NCBI GenBank assembly: GCA_031366985.1
Contig: JANLPE010000073.1
Span: 57,701-121,700, forward strand
Origin: Gemmatimonadaceae bacterium
GTDB lineage: Bacteria > Gemmatimonadota > Gemmatimonadetes > Gemmatimonadales > Gemmatimonadaceae
Direction: 5' to 3'
DNA: 64,000 nucleotides
Shown: positions 1-8,136 of the stretch, piece by piece
How the letters are laid out: every line of letters starts with the position of its first letter
Position numbering within the stretch: position 1 is the first letter of the stretch
Translations under genes and position numbers: made by a program
Notes under the pieces: generated by a model
Database searches by the model: none
What the model was told of the DNA's origin: nothing
What the model saw: the letters and a program-made list of their open reading frames with translations, nothing else

Positions 1-623
1 AGCGACCACGCCACGCTATAGCCGCTGGCCGCCGTCGCACCAAGTCGAAAGACGCCGGTCACCTCGGCGGCGAGTATGCGTGTCGCCGCGACGATCGCGA
101 GTCCCGCCGAGGCCGCCGTGCCGAGGACGACGGCGGTGAGTCCTTCACGCGCTTCGGTGGCGTCCGCGGCACCTTCGCCGCGTGCACTCGAACCGACCTT
201 CAGCACTGCTGCGGCCGCAACACCTTCTGGATATGGCAGATCGGAGTTCGTGACGAGCGCGCGTCGCAACGGAATCGTGAAGAGCACACCGAGTACGCCA
301 CCGCTTACGCAGATCAGGAACGACTGCCAGAATGGGAATCCGGTCCACCAGCCGACGATCACGAGACCCGGCAATACGAAGATGATCGCCGACAGCGTGC
401 CGGCTGCCGACGCGACCGTCTGCACGATGTTGTTCTCGAGAATCGACGAATCTTTCACCGCGCTCAGGATCGCCATCGAGATCACGGCCGCCGGAATCGA
501 GGAGGCGAACGTCAGTCCGACCTTCAGGCCGAGATACACGTTCGCCGCCGTGAAGACGGTGGTGAGCAGGGCGCCGAGGACGAGGCCGCGGAGCGTGAGT
601 TCTTTGGGCTTCACAAGAGACAT
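1..623 (-). CDS. OPT family oligopeptide transporter (5' part; runs off window start)
   Basis: Minus-strand translation from ATG at 623: MSLVKPKELTLRGLVLGALLTTVFTAANVYLGLKVGLTFASSIPAAVIS...ENNIVQTVASAAG...LPYPEGVAAAEVL, typical OPT N-terminal motifs. Starts 7 nt after the S9 peptidase stop. Not in the ORF track because it is truncated. Confidence 0.92.
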   Translation of the reverse strand, partial: MSLVKPKELTLRGLVLGALLTTVFTAANVYLGLKVGLTFASSIPAAVISMAILSAVKDSSILENNIVQTVASAAGTLSAIIFVLPGLVIVGWWTGFPFWQSFLICVSGGVLGVLFTIPLRRALVTNSDLPYPEGVAAAAVLKVGSSARGEGAADATEAREGLTAVVLGTAASAGLAIVAATRILAAEVTGVFRLGATAASGYSVAWS

Positions 624-630
624 CGCGAAC

Positions 631-2724
631 TCAGGGGACGAGTTTGGTGTTCACGTCGAGATACTTCGTCATCCAGCTGAACACGGACTCATGCCAGCGT
701 TTGCTGTTGAGTGTGCCGAGCACCCAGTGTCCTTCGTCCGGGAAACTCAATGCTTCGGATGGAACACCGGTGCGGCGCAACACCGTGAACATCTGCAGCC
801 CCTGATCGACCGGCACGCGGAAGTCTTGTTCATTGGTGATCACGAGCGTTGGCGTCTTGATGTTCTGCGCGAACAGATGCGGCGAGCACTTCGCAAAGTT
901 GGCGCGCGCCTTGGGCGTCCACGCCGCCCCGCCGAACTCATGATCGGAGAACCACAGCTCTTCGGTCGTGAGCGCCATCGATTCGAGGTTGAACACGCCA
1001 TCGTGCGTGATCGCTGACTTGAAGCGGTTGTCGTGCGCGATGATCCAATCCACCGCGTAGCCGCCGTAGCTGGCGCCGGCGATGCCCATGCGCTTGGCAT
1101 CGACGAAAGGCATCTTCTCGACGGCGCCGAAGACCGCGTTCAGGTCGGTCATGACCTTGCCGCACCAGTCCTGCGAAATGTCATCGACGAACTTCTGGCC
1201 AAAGCTCGTGGAGCCGCGCGGGTTCGGCGCGATGACGACCCAGCCCTGCGAGGCCCACAGTGCCGGATTCCAACGCGTGGACCAGCTGTCGGCCCAATCG
1301 CTCTGCGGTCCGCCGTGAATCAGGAAGACGACGGGATATTTCTTGGTCTGCGTGAAGCCGGGTGGTTTGAGCAGCCAGTATTGAATGGGGGTGCCGAGTG
1401 CTCCGGCGACCTTTGCGCTGCTCACCTGCGGCATTTGCACGTGCGCGAGCCAGGCGGCGTTGTCCGACGTCAGCGGCTTGATGGTGCCGTCGGCACTCAC
1501 ACGATAGAGATCACTCGGGGAGGTCAGCGACGACTTCGCGACGACCGCGAATGATGGGCCGAGCGCGAACTGCGTTATCGTGCCACCCTTCGCCACGAGC
1601 TTCGGCGCTCCTCCGTCTATCGCGACCGAATACAGGTTTGTAAACGCGTGATCGCCCGCCGTGAACCAGATCGTGCGACCGTCGGCGGCGTAGCGAAAGT
1701 CGTTGACGGACAGGTCGAGAGTGGGGAAGAGCGTCCGGCGCGTGCCCGTCGCTATATCGTACAGATCGAGGTACCAGCGATCCGCCTCGTTCCCCGCGCG
1801 ACGCTGCGCGCGCACCGCGATCGTCCGGCCGTCGGGTGAGAAGACCGGCTGTTCGTCGGCCGCGGGATTCTTTGTGAGCTGACGCAACGCGCCACCACTC
1901 ACGGGCACGAGCCACACGTCGCGATTGGTGCTCGACATCTCCTTATCGCGCCCTTCACGATTCGACGAGAATGCCAGCGTCAGGCCATCGGGCGAAAAGG
2001 CGAATCCGTTGTCTTCGTAATTGTGTTGTGGCGCGTCGTAGTCCCCCGGTGTCACATCGCGTGTCGCCCCGCTCTCGAGATCGGTGACGAACACATGATG
2101 ACGAATCGCTTCGCGCCATTCATCCCAGTGGCGATAGGGCAGACTCGTCAATCGGCGCATCTTGACGGGATCTTTCTCGATCGCGTCGCGCATGCGCGCG
2201 TTGCAGGCGTCGTCGGCGCACTGCGGGTAGACATCTGCGACATACGCGATGCGCTGGCCGTCGTTCGAGATGATCAACGGCGCCTGCACCCCGCCTGACA
2301 CGGTTGTCGCGCGCTTGGGTGTCGCACCGTCGGCGCCGGTGAGGTACACCTGTGGTGCGCCATCGCGCGTCGAGATGAAGACAAGGCGTTGGCCGTTCGC
2401 CGAGAAGCGCGGCGTGTTCTCGCTTTTATCGCCGCCGATGAACAGGCTCGCCGGCGCGGATCCGTTCGACGGCACACTCCAGATGTCGGAATTGCGCTTA
2501 CCCGTAGCGACGACGGTGGTGGTCCGTGTGAAGAGGACCCGTGAGCCGTCGGGGGCGAGCTGTGGATCAGTAAGCCGAACAGCGCCCAGCAGGTCGTTCA
2601 GGGCGAAGGGACGCGCGCTCTGTGCCGCGACGATGGTCGGCAGCAGTGTCGAGAACGCGAGTCCGAGCGCACGGACGAGCACGCTCGCGCGCGATCGCGC
2701 ACATCGGGTATGTGGATGAACCAT
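631..2724 (-). CDS. S9 family peptidase (TolB/PD40-like propeller + alpha/beta hydrolase), secreted
   Basis: Signal peptide, repeated SPDG/FSPDG propeller motifs, IHGGP, nucleophile GASYGG, DFRVP, DEGH. Confidence 0.93.
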   Translation of the reverse strand: MVHPHTRCARSRASVLVRALGLAFSTLLPTIVAAQSARPFALNDLLGAVRLTDPQLAPDGSRVLFTRTTTVVATGKRNSDIWSVPSNGSAPASLFIGGDKSENTPRFSANGQRLVFISTRDGAPQVYLTGADGATPKRATTVSGGVQAPLIISNDGQRIAYVADVYPQCADDACNARMRDAIEKDPVKMRRLTSLPYRHWDEWREAIRHHVFVTDLESGATRDVTPGDYDAPQHNYEDNGFAFSPDGLTLAFSSNREGRDKEMSSTNRDVWLVPVSGGALRQLTKNPAADEQPVFSPDGRTIAVRAQRRAGNEADRWYLDLYDIATGTRRTLFPTLDLSVNDFRYAADGRTIWFTAGDHAFTNLYSVAIDGGAPKLVAKGGTITQFALGPSFAVVAKSSLTSPSDLYRVSADGTIKPLTSDNAAWLAHVQMPQVSSAKVAGALGTPIQYWLLKPPGFTQTKKYPVVFLIHGGPQSDWADSWSTRWNPALWASQGWVVIAPNPRGSTSFGQKFVDDISQDWCGKVMTDLNAVFGAVEKMPFVDAKRMGIAGASYGGYAVDWIIAHDNRFKSAITHDGVFNLESMALTTEELWFSDHEFGGAAWTPKARANFAKCSPHLFAQNIKTPTLVITNEQDFRVPVDQGLQMFTVLRRTGVPSEALSFPDEGHWVLGTLNSKRWHESVFSWMTKYLDVNTKLVP

Positions 2725-2810
2725 TGGAGTCTCCTGAGTGAAGCAGATGCCGCGTCAGCCGTCCTATGATGCACTGGGGGACGTGGGGACGTTAGTCGGG
2801 GCGAGCACGC

Positions 2811-2855
2811 GTGAGTCGAACGCATGAGTCGAACGCGTGAGTCGAACGCGTGAGC
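2811..2855. repeat. 13-bp tandem repeat (GTGAGTCGAACGC x ~3.4)
   Basis: gtgagtcgaacgc / atgagtcgaacgc / gtgagtcgaacgc / gtgagc read directly in the divergent intergenic region. Confidence 0.9.
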
Positions 2856-2920
2856 TGCACCCTGTCCCGGGTCGGTACCGTCGGATACGTTTGACTGCTG
2901 ACCCTCTTCAGGAGTCGTCG

Positions 2921-3358
2921 ATGCCGATCCGATTCGAACACGCGGAAACCGTCCGCTCGTCGCCAGCGCGCGCCTTTGCGACGATCGATAACCTGCCGCT
3001 CACGGCCAAGTGGCTGCCGCCCTGCGTGAGTCTGGAAAAGGTCGGCACGGGTCCCAACGCGGTCGGGGACACGCTGCGCTACGTCTACAAACAGGGCGGC
3101 AAGACGCACGAAATGTCGGGACGCATCGTCGCGCGCACGCCGGGTTCGCAGTTGCAGTGTGTCTATGACGACCGCGCGTTCGCGGTCTCGGTCGATATGC
3201 AGGTCGCGGCCGCTCCCGAGGGCGCGGTGACGACGCACATCATCGAGATCACGCCGAAGTCGTTCATGGGGCGCCTGATGTCACCGCTGATTCGCATGGG
3301 CCTGCGAAGGCAGACGCGCGATGCGGCGACGAATCTCAAAGCGCTGCTCGAATCCTGA
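2921..3358 (+). CDS. SRPBCC (START-like/polyketide cyclase) family protein
   Basis: AGGAG RBS then ATG at 2921; MPIRFEHAETVRSSPARAFATIDN...W pattern and C-terminal helix typical of SRPBCC. Confidence 0.8.
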   Translation: MPIRFEHAETVRSSPARAFATIDNLPLTAKWLPPCVSLEKVGTGPNAVGDTLRYVYKQGGKTHEMSGRIVARTPGSQLQCVYDDRAFAVSVDMQVAAAPEGAVTTHIIEITPKSFMGRLMSPLIRMGLRRQTRDAATNLKALLES

Positions 3359-3381
3359 CGACGCGCGACCGGCTGAGCGGT

Positions 3382-3432
3382 CCTGACCGGGCCTGACCGG
3401 GCCTGGCCGCGCGCCGACCGCGCGCCGGCCCG
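3382..3432. repeat. Degenerate ~10-bp GC-rich tandem repeat (CCTGACCGGG-like)
   Basis: cctgaccggg cctgaccggg cctggccgcg cgccgaccgcg cgccggcccg downstream of the SRPBCC stop. Confidence 0.7.
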
Positions 3433-3433
3433 T

Positions 3434-3470
3434 CGGGGAAACACTGATCCCCCCGGGGAAAATCCGATCG
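3434..3470. promoter_or_regulatory. Candidate transcription-factor site: GGGGA-N8-TCCCC palindrome inside a 20-bp-period direct repeat
   Basis: cggggaaacactgatccccc cggggaaaatccgatc, about 70 nt upstream of the flavoprotein start. Confidence 0.35.
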
Positions 3471-3539
3471 CAGCTTTCATTCAGGGCGGTCGGGTAGTAT
3501 CGGCGCGTAGACCGTCCCCCACCGCGACCCCCCAGCCGT

Positions 3540-4886
3540 ATGCGCGCACTCGTTCTGAACGGAGCGCTCGGGCCCGACCCACTGGTCGATGAGCTGACGG
3601 CGCGAATCGCGCGGGACCTCGAGGCGTACGACGACGCCTCGGTGGATATCGAAGTGCTGCGCGACGCGCACGTCGCGCACTGCCAGGGCTGCTTCGACTG
3701 TTGGACGAAGACACCCGGCATCTGCAAGATCAACGACGCCGGGCGGGATCTGGCGCGTGACTTTGTCGCGAGCGATGTGGTCGTACTCGTGACGCCCGTG
3801 CAATTCGGCGGCTACTCGTCCGAGTGCAAAAAGATGCTCGATCGCACGCTCGGCATGCTGCTGCCGTTCTTCCGGCGTATCGACGGTGAAGTGCATCACG
3901 CGCCGCGATATGCGCATCCGCCGGCGTTTGGCGTCGTCGGTGTGGTCGACCGACGCAATGCGGCATTGGAGCAGACGCTGCGCGCTCTGGTGACACGCAA
4001 CGCCATCAACTTCGCGGCGCCGGCGCACGCGGTCGGGATCGTCGAGCGCGCGAACGCCGCACACCCGGCGTTCGGCGAGTGTGATACGGTCATCGCGACG
4101 CTCTGCGGTGCACGATCGAACGAGCACGTACCGATCGTCGATGTAGACTCACTGCTACCCGCGATGCCGCTATCCGGCGCGGGCGCCGCACCAACCGACG
4201 TGCTCTTACTCATCGGGAGCGCCAAACCGCGCGGCACGAGCACGTCCGAGGCGCTCGGCATGCATCTGCTCGAGCGACTGGCGCTGCGCGGTGTGATCGG
4301 CGAGTTGCGCCATCTACAAAAGGAGGCGCATTCGCCCGAGGCGTTGCGCGATCTCGTGGCCGCCGTGCGTGCGCACAGCCTGGTGATCATCTCCTCGCCG
4401 GTGTACATCGACGCACTGCCCGCGCTGGTCACGCGCGCGCTCGAGGCGATCGCCGCCGACCGCGCCCAGGATCTGGTGCGGACACCACTCACGATCGCGA
4501 TGCTGCTCAACTGCGGCTTCCCGGAGTCGCGTCATGCCGCCGTCGCCCGCACGATCGGCGCGCTCTTCGCGCGTGCCACCGGTGCACGGTGGGCGGGCGC
4601 GCTGCAACTGGGCGGTGGTGGTGTGATCGATGGACGGCCCTTCGATGTCACGGGAAAGGTCGTCGCGCATCTGCCGGCGTTGCTTGATGAAGCCGCGGCC
4701 GCGCTAGCCGTCGGCCGCGCGATTCCGCCGTCGGTGCAGGAACGCTTTGCGCAACCGCTCATGGGTACGTCGCTGTACATGGCGGCCGGCGACGCGGGCT
4801 GGCTCTGGACCGCGGCGCACGAAGGCGCACTGACCAAGATGTGGCAACGTCCCGTCAATGCTGAGGGGACGTTGGCGGCCGGTTAG
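3540..4886 (+). CDS. Tandem flavodoxin-fold protein: iron-sulfur flavoprotein (Isf)-like domain + NAD(P)H-dependent FMN reductase-like domain
   Basis: N-domain CQGCFDCWTKTPGIC (Cx2Cx2Cx7C) and TPVQFGGYSSECKKMLDR; second domain LIGSAKPRGTSTS, SPVYIDALP, LNCGFPE. Confidence 0.8.
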   Translation: MRALVLNGALGPDPLVDELTARIARDLEAYDDASVDIEVLRDAHVAHCQGCFDCWTKTPGICKINDAGRDLARDFVASDVVVLVTPVQFGGYSSECKKMLDRTLGMLLPFFRRIDGEVHHAPRYAHPPAFGVVGVVDRRNAALEQTLRALVTRNAINFAAPAHAVGIVERANAAHPAFGECDTVIATLCGARSNEHVPIVDVDSLLPAMPLSGAGAAPTDVLLLIGSAKPRGTSTSEALGMHLLERLALRGVIGELRHLQKEAHSPEALRDLVAAVRAHSLVIISSPVYIDALPALVTRALEAIAADRAQDLVRTPLTIAMLLNCGFPESRHAAVARTIGALFARATGARWAGALQLGGGGVIDGRPFDVTGKVVAHLPALLDEAAAALAVGRAIPPSVQERFAQPLMGTSLYMAAGDAGWLWTAAHEGALTKMWQRPVNAEGTLAAG

Positions 4887-4919
4887 CGCTCGAGCAGCGG
4901 TGTCCCGAGCGTCGGTGTG

Positions 4920-7121
4920 TTAGATGAACGCCGCCGCACGCGTCAGCAGTTCGTCCAGCCCTGGCTCCTTCAGATTGCGCGGCTTGCCAGGGTGAATGAT
5001 CGAGACTTGGCAACTCTCGGCCGCGTCGACGAGCTGCGCGTAGGTGCCGGCGTTGAGGTCGGCGATGTACGCCTGCTTATTCGCGTTATACGCGAACATC
5101 CTGTTGTTAAGCTGCGTGCACTCATTACAGGTCGAGCAACGCGCGGTCTCGATGTACGCCTCGTCGGATGTGCGCTCGGGCGCGACATCCGGGACGTCTC
5201 TCGTGGCAGCGGACGCGGCCGGCGGCATCCCCGCCGTAGTCGACGACGATGTGTCGGCGCGCGCCGAGTCGAGGGTCGTCTCCGCCTGCGTGCGCGCCTC
5301 CCACGCCTTGCGCTCGCGCGCCAGCAACTGTTCTGCATGGGAGTTATGCACGCCACCCAGCTCCTGCAGGCTGTGCCACATCTCGCGGCAGCGACGGGCC
5401 TCGCGCAGCAGGCGCTCGTCGACGAGCACGCGCTGAAGCGCGTCCTTGTCATCGACCATCAGCAGGGCGGGTACCCGATCCGGCAGCCCCTTCCTTTTGC
5501 AGGTGAGCGCCAGATCAACCGGGATCATGGTGCCGTTCCATCGCGGGCGCGGCACGCGTGCCAGGTGCTTCGCGTAGCGGTGGTCGCTCGCCACGAAGTC
5601 TACGTACGTGAAGGCGACGTCTTCGACGACGCGCTGCGACTGCAGATCCGCGTACTCGACGTGCTGAATCGGCCAGTCGAGCTCCACTTGCGCGTTCGCA
5701 TCGAGACTGAAGCGCGACGCCCAATTCGCACCCGCCGACGGGTCGTAGCTGAAGGCGGGAAAGGCGCGCGACTCCATCGCGGCGGCCGACACCAGGTACG
5801 GTGGCAATCCCGACGATGCACCAGACGCGCCGGAGAAGACGCTGAACAGCGCCGTGCCCCGATACGATAAACCGCGCACGATCTGATCGCGGAATCGATA
5901 CAGATTCGAGCTGCTGGACTGCAACACGTACACCTCGTTGAGTCCCATCGCCATGCTGGCGATCTGTCGGATTCGCATCCCTACGCTCAGGTTTCCCGCG
6001 CTGCTCGGCGCCTCTTCGAGAATGTCGTCGATCTGCAACATGACCTTGATCGGCAGTCCCGACGTCAGCAGTTCCATCAGCTGCGCGTGCTCGTCGGCGT
6101 GCAACAGCGCAGCGTTGATGCAGACGAGGTAGTCTGGGAATGGAGCGAGCTCATGCGGGTCGAGTCCATTGGCTCCGAACAGCGCGAACATCGCATCATG
6201 CTTGTCCTCGCGGTATTGCCCCTCGATCTCGAGTTCTGCGACGGCGATCGCTCCGGCCAGCGCGATCTGCGCTGCGCTCCGCTCGTGATAGGCGCGCAGC
6301 GCGTCCGCGCACGAGGTGAATACGAATGGATAGGGTGTCGTGCCAGCGTCCTTCGTGTTCGATGCGTAAAATCGTTGTGACTGCAGCGCCGCAATCAGCT
6401 GCGTAAGTCGTTGTCGTCGCGCCTCGGGAAGCCGATCTTGCGGCAGGGCGGTCGTCAGCAGTAACGACAACGCGCCGAAGTCGAACGCGCTGCCGAAGCC
6501 CACGCCGACGGATGCTTGGAGATGAGCGGCACTGCGGCCCTCGAGCGAGCGCTCGTGATCGGCGCGAAGGATATTCGAGAGACCCAACAACAGTGTGTCG
6601 ATCGCGGCGCGAAATGCCGCGCCCTTGTCCTCTTGCACGCGCTGCCACGTATGCAACAGCAGTCGCGACGGGAGCTGGAAGTCGCAATCGACGAGGTCGC
6701 CGTTCAAGGCGATTGCCGTGCGTATCCGGGCGGCGCTCGCCATGAAGGCGTCGTCCGCCGTTGGTAAGAGATGCGTGATGGCGAGGTCCCAGAGCGTCGA
6801 GAACGATCCCGTCGCGCCCCCCACGACCAGCGTACGTATCGTCTGCTCGACACGTAGCATCTGCTTTCGCATCCGTTCGCCGTCCGTGCCGAGCGCCGCG
6901 GCGGTCAGCGCGTCATCGATCACGCTCGAAAGCGAGCGCACAAAGGGTGCCGCGCCGTTCGTCGTGAGCACGAGCGGAAAATCGTACCGCAACGCGGAGA
7001 GATCGCGATACCTGGCAAACAGTGCCGGGCGCAGACCGACTCCTTCGACGCTGTCGAGACGATCGCTGGTGCGACGACCGGTCAGAAAGAAGACAACATG
7101 CTCATGGAGATCCGAGTTCAT
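4920..7121 (-). CDS. Large protein: degenerate PFOR beta(TPP)-domain-like region + C-terminal single-cluster ferredoxin
   Basis: ATG at 7121, 4 nt after the korB stop. LPIKVML / VYVLQSS / GLSYRGTALFSVF / AAAMESRAFPAFSYDP resembles the PFOR C-terminal domain. C-terminus CSTCNEC...ESCQVSIIHPG. Confidence 0.7.
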   Translation of the reverse strand: MNSDLHEHVVFFLTGRRTSDRLDSVEGVGLRPALFARYRDLSALRYDFPLVLTTNGAAPFVRSLSSVIDDALTAAALGTDGERMRKQMLRVEQTIRTLVVGGATGSFSTLWDLAITHLLPTADDAFMASAARIRTAIALNGDLVDCDFQLPSRLLLHTWQRVQEDKGAAFRAAIDTLLLGLSNILRADHERSLEGRSAAHLQASVGVGFGSAFDFGALSLLLTTALPQDRLPEARRQRLTQLIAALQSQRFYASNTKDAGTTPYPFVFTSCADALRAYHERSAAQIALAGAIAVAELEIEGQYREDKHDAMFALFGANGLDPHELAPFPDYLVCINAALLHADEHAQLMELLTSGLPIKVMLQIDDILEEAPSSAGNLSVGMRIRQIASMAMGLNEVYVLQSSSSNLYRFRDQIVRGLSYRGTALFSVFSGASGASSGLPPYLVSAAAMESRAFPAFSYDPSAGANWASRFSLDANAQVELDWPIQHVEYADLQSQRVVEDVAFTYVDFVASDHRYAKHLARVPRPRWNGTMIPVDLALTCKRKGLPDRVPALLMVDDKDALQRVLVDERLLREARRCREMWHSLQELGGVHNSHAEQLLARERKAWEARTQAETTLDSARADTSSSTTAGMPPAASAATRDVPDVAPERTSDEAYIETARCSTCNECTQLNNRMFAYNANKQAYIADLNAGTYAQLVDAAESCQVSIIHPGKPRNLKEPGLDELLTRAAAFI

Positions 7122-7125
7122 GTGT

Positions 7126-8136
7126 CTATCCGCCCACGCTACTGCCGGCCATCGCGACACGGTCGCCGTGTCCCTGCGGCCAGACGGTGAACTTGTCGAG
7201 TTCGGTATTCAATCCGATGCGCGTCTGGTCGATGGTGCGCAACACGGTCGAGCGGCGCAGATCCTCGTAGCACGGCACCTCGGCATTACGATAGAGGATG
7301 CCGACCGGGATCGCGTCATCGCCCGTCGCCAGTTCGCGGGCGCGATGGATGTTCGAGGGGTCGTGCTCGAGCTGGTTCGTGTAGATGCGCGAAAGACCGG
7401 CGCTATACGGTAGTCCGTCCGCGTGGTGCAGAAGCCGCACTTTCGTCGGGTCCTGCATGAACGGGTTCAATGAGTTCGGTAACCATTCCGGGCATCGTTG
7501 CACGATTCGCACGAATGACAATCCCTTGTGATGGTACGCGGCCGACACAACGTCGTAGAGCATCTCCGGTATCCAATCGACCGCTTGTGCGACGAACGAC
7601 ACGTTTTGCACGCCCAGTGTCACCGAGAGGGGATTGAGCGCCTCGAGATAGCTGCCGCGCGGTGTCGTGTTGCTCTTGGTGCCGATCGGTGACGTCGGCG
7701 ATGCCTGCTTCTTCGTCAGGCCGTAGATCTGATTGTCGTGCAGGAAGACGGTGATGTTCATGTTGTAGCGGAGCGCGTGAATCCAGTGCGCCGTACCGAT
7801 GCTGCAGCAGTCACCGTCTCCGGTGTTCACGAACACCGTCAGGTCTGGCCGCGCCATCTTGACGCCTTCGGCCACCGGCAGGGCTCGGCCATGAATGCCA
7901 TGAAATCCGTACGTCTTCATGTAATGCGGGAACCGGCTAGAACAGCCGATGCCTGACACGAACACCGTCTTTTCGGGGCGCAGTCCTTCATCCCGACACA
8001 GCCGCTGCACGGCGGCGAGGATCGCGTTGTCGCCGCATCCGGTGCACCATCGGGGGACACCACTCTGATAGTCCTCCAGCTGATGGTGCTCGTCGAACAT
8101 CTGCAACAGGCAGTGGGTCGCGGTCGCGGTGGTCAT
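7126..8136 (-). CDS. korB: 2-oxoacid:ferredoxin oxidoreductase beta subunit (TPP-binding)
   Basis: WCTGCG, SGIGCS, HGIHGR, GDGDCC, NQIYGLTK, SPT motifs. ATG at 8136 overlaps the alpha subunit TGA. Substrate not determinable from sequence. Confidence 0.92.
   Translation of the reverse strand: MTTATATHCLLQMFDEHHQLEDYQSGVPRWCTGCGDNAILAAVQRLCRDEGLRPEKTVFVSGIGCSSRFPHYMKTYGFHGIHGRALPVAEGVKMARPDLTVFVNTGDGDCCSIGTAHWIHALRYNMNITVFLHDNQIYGLTKKQASPTSPIGTKSNTTPRGSYLEALNPLSVTLGVQNVSFVAQAVDWIPEMLYDVVSAAYHHKGLSFVRIVQRCPEWLPNSLNPFMQDPTKVRLLHHADGLPYSAGLSRIYTNQLEHDPSNIHRARELATGDDAIPVGILYRNAEVPCYEDLRRSTVLRTIDQTRIGLNTELDKFTVWPQGHGDRVAMAGSSVGG

Noticed and set aside
76-1017. 313-aa plus-strand ORF in the track
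   Set aside because: Antisense shadow of the OPT and S9 genes; the minus strand carries the family motifs
2811-2855. Possible CRISPR or iteron array
   Set aside because: Units are directly adjacent with no spacers, and there are no cas or rep genes
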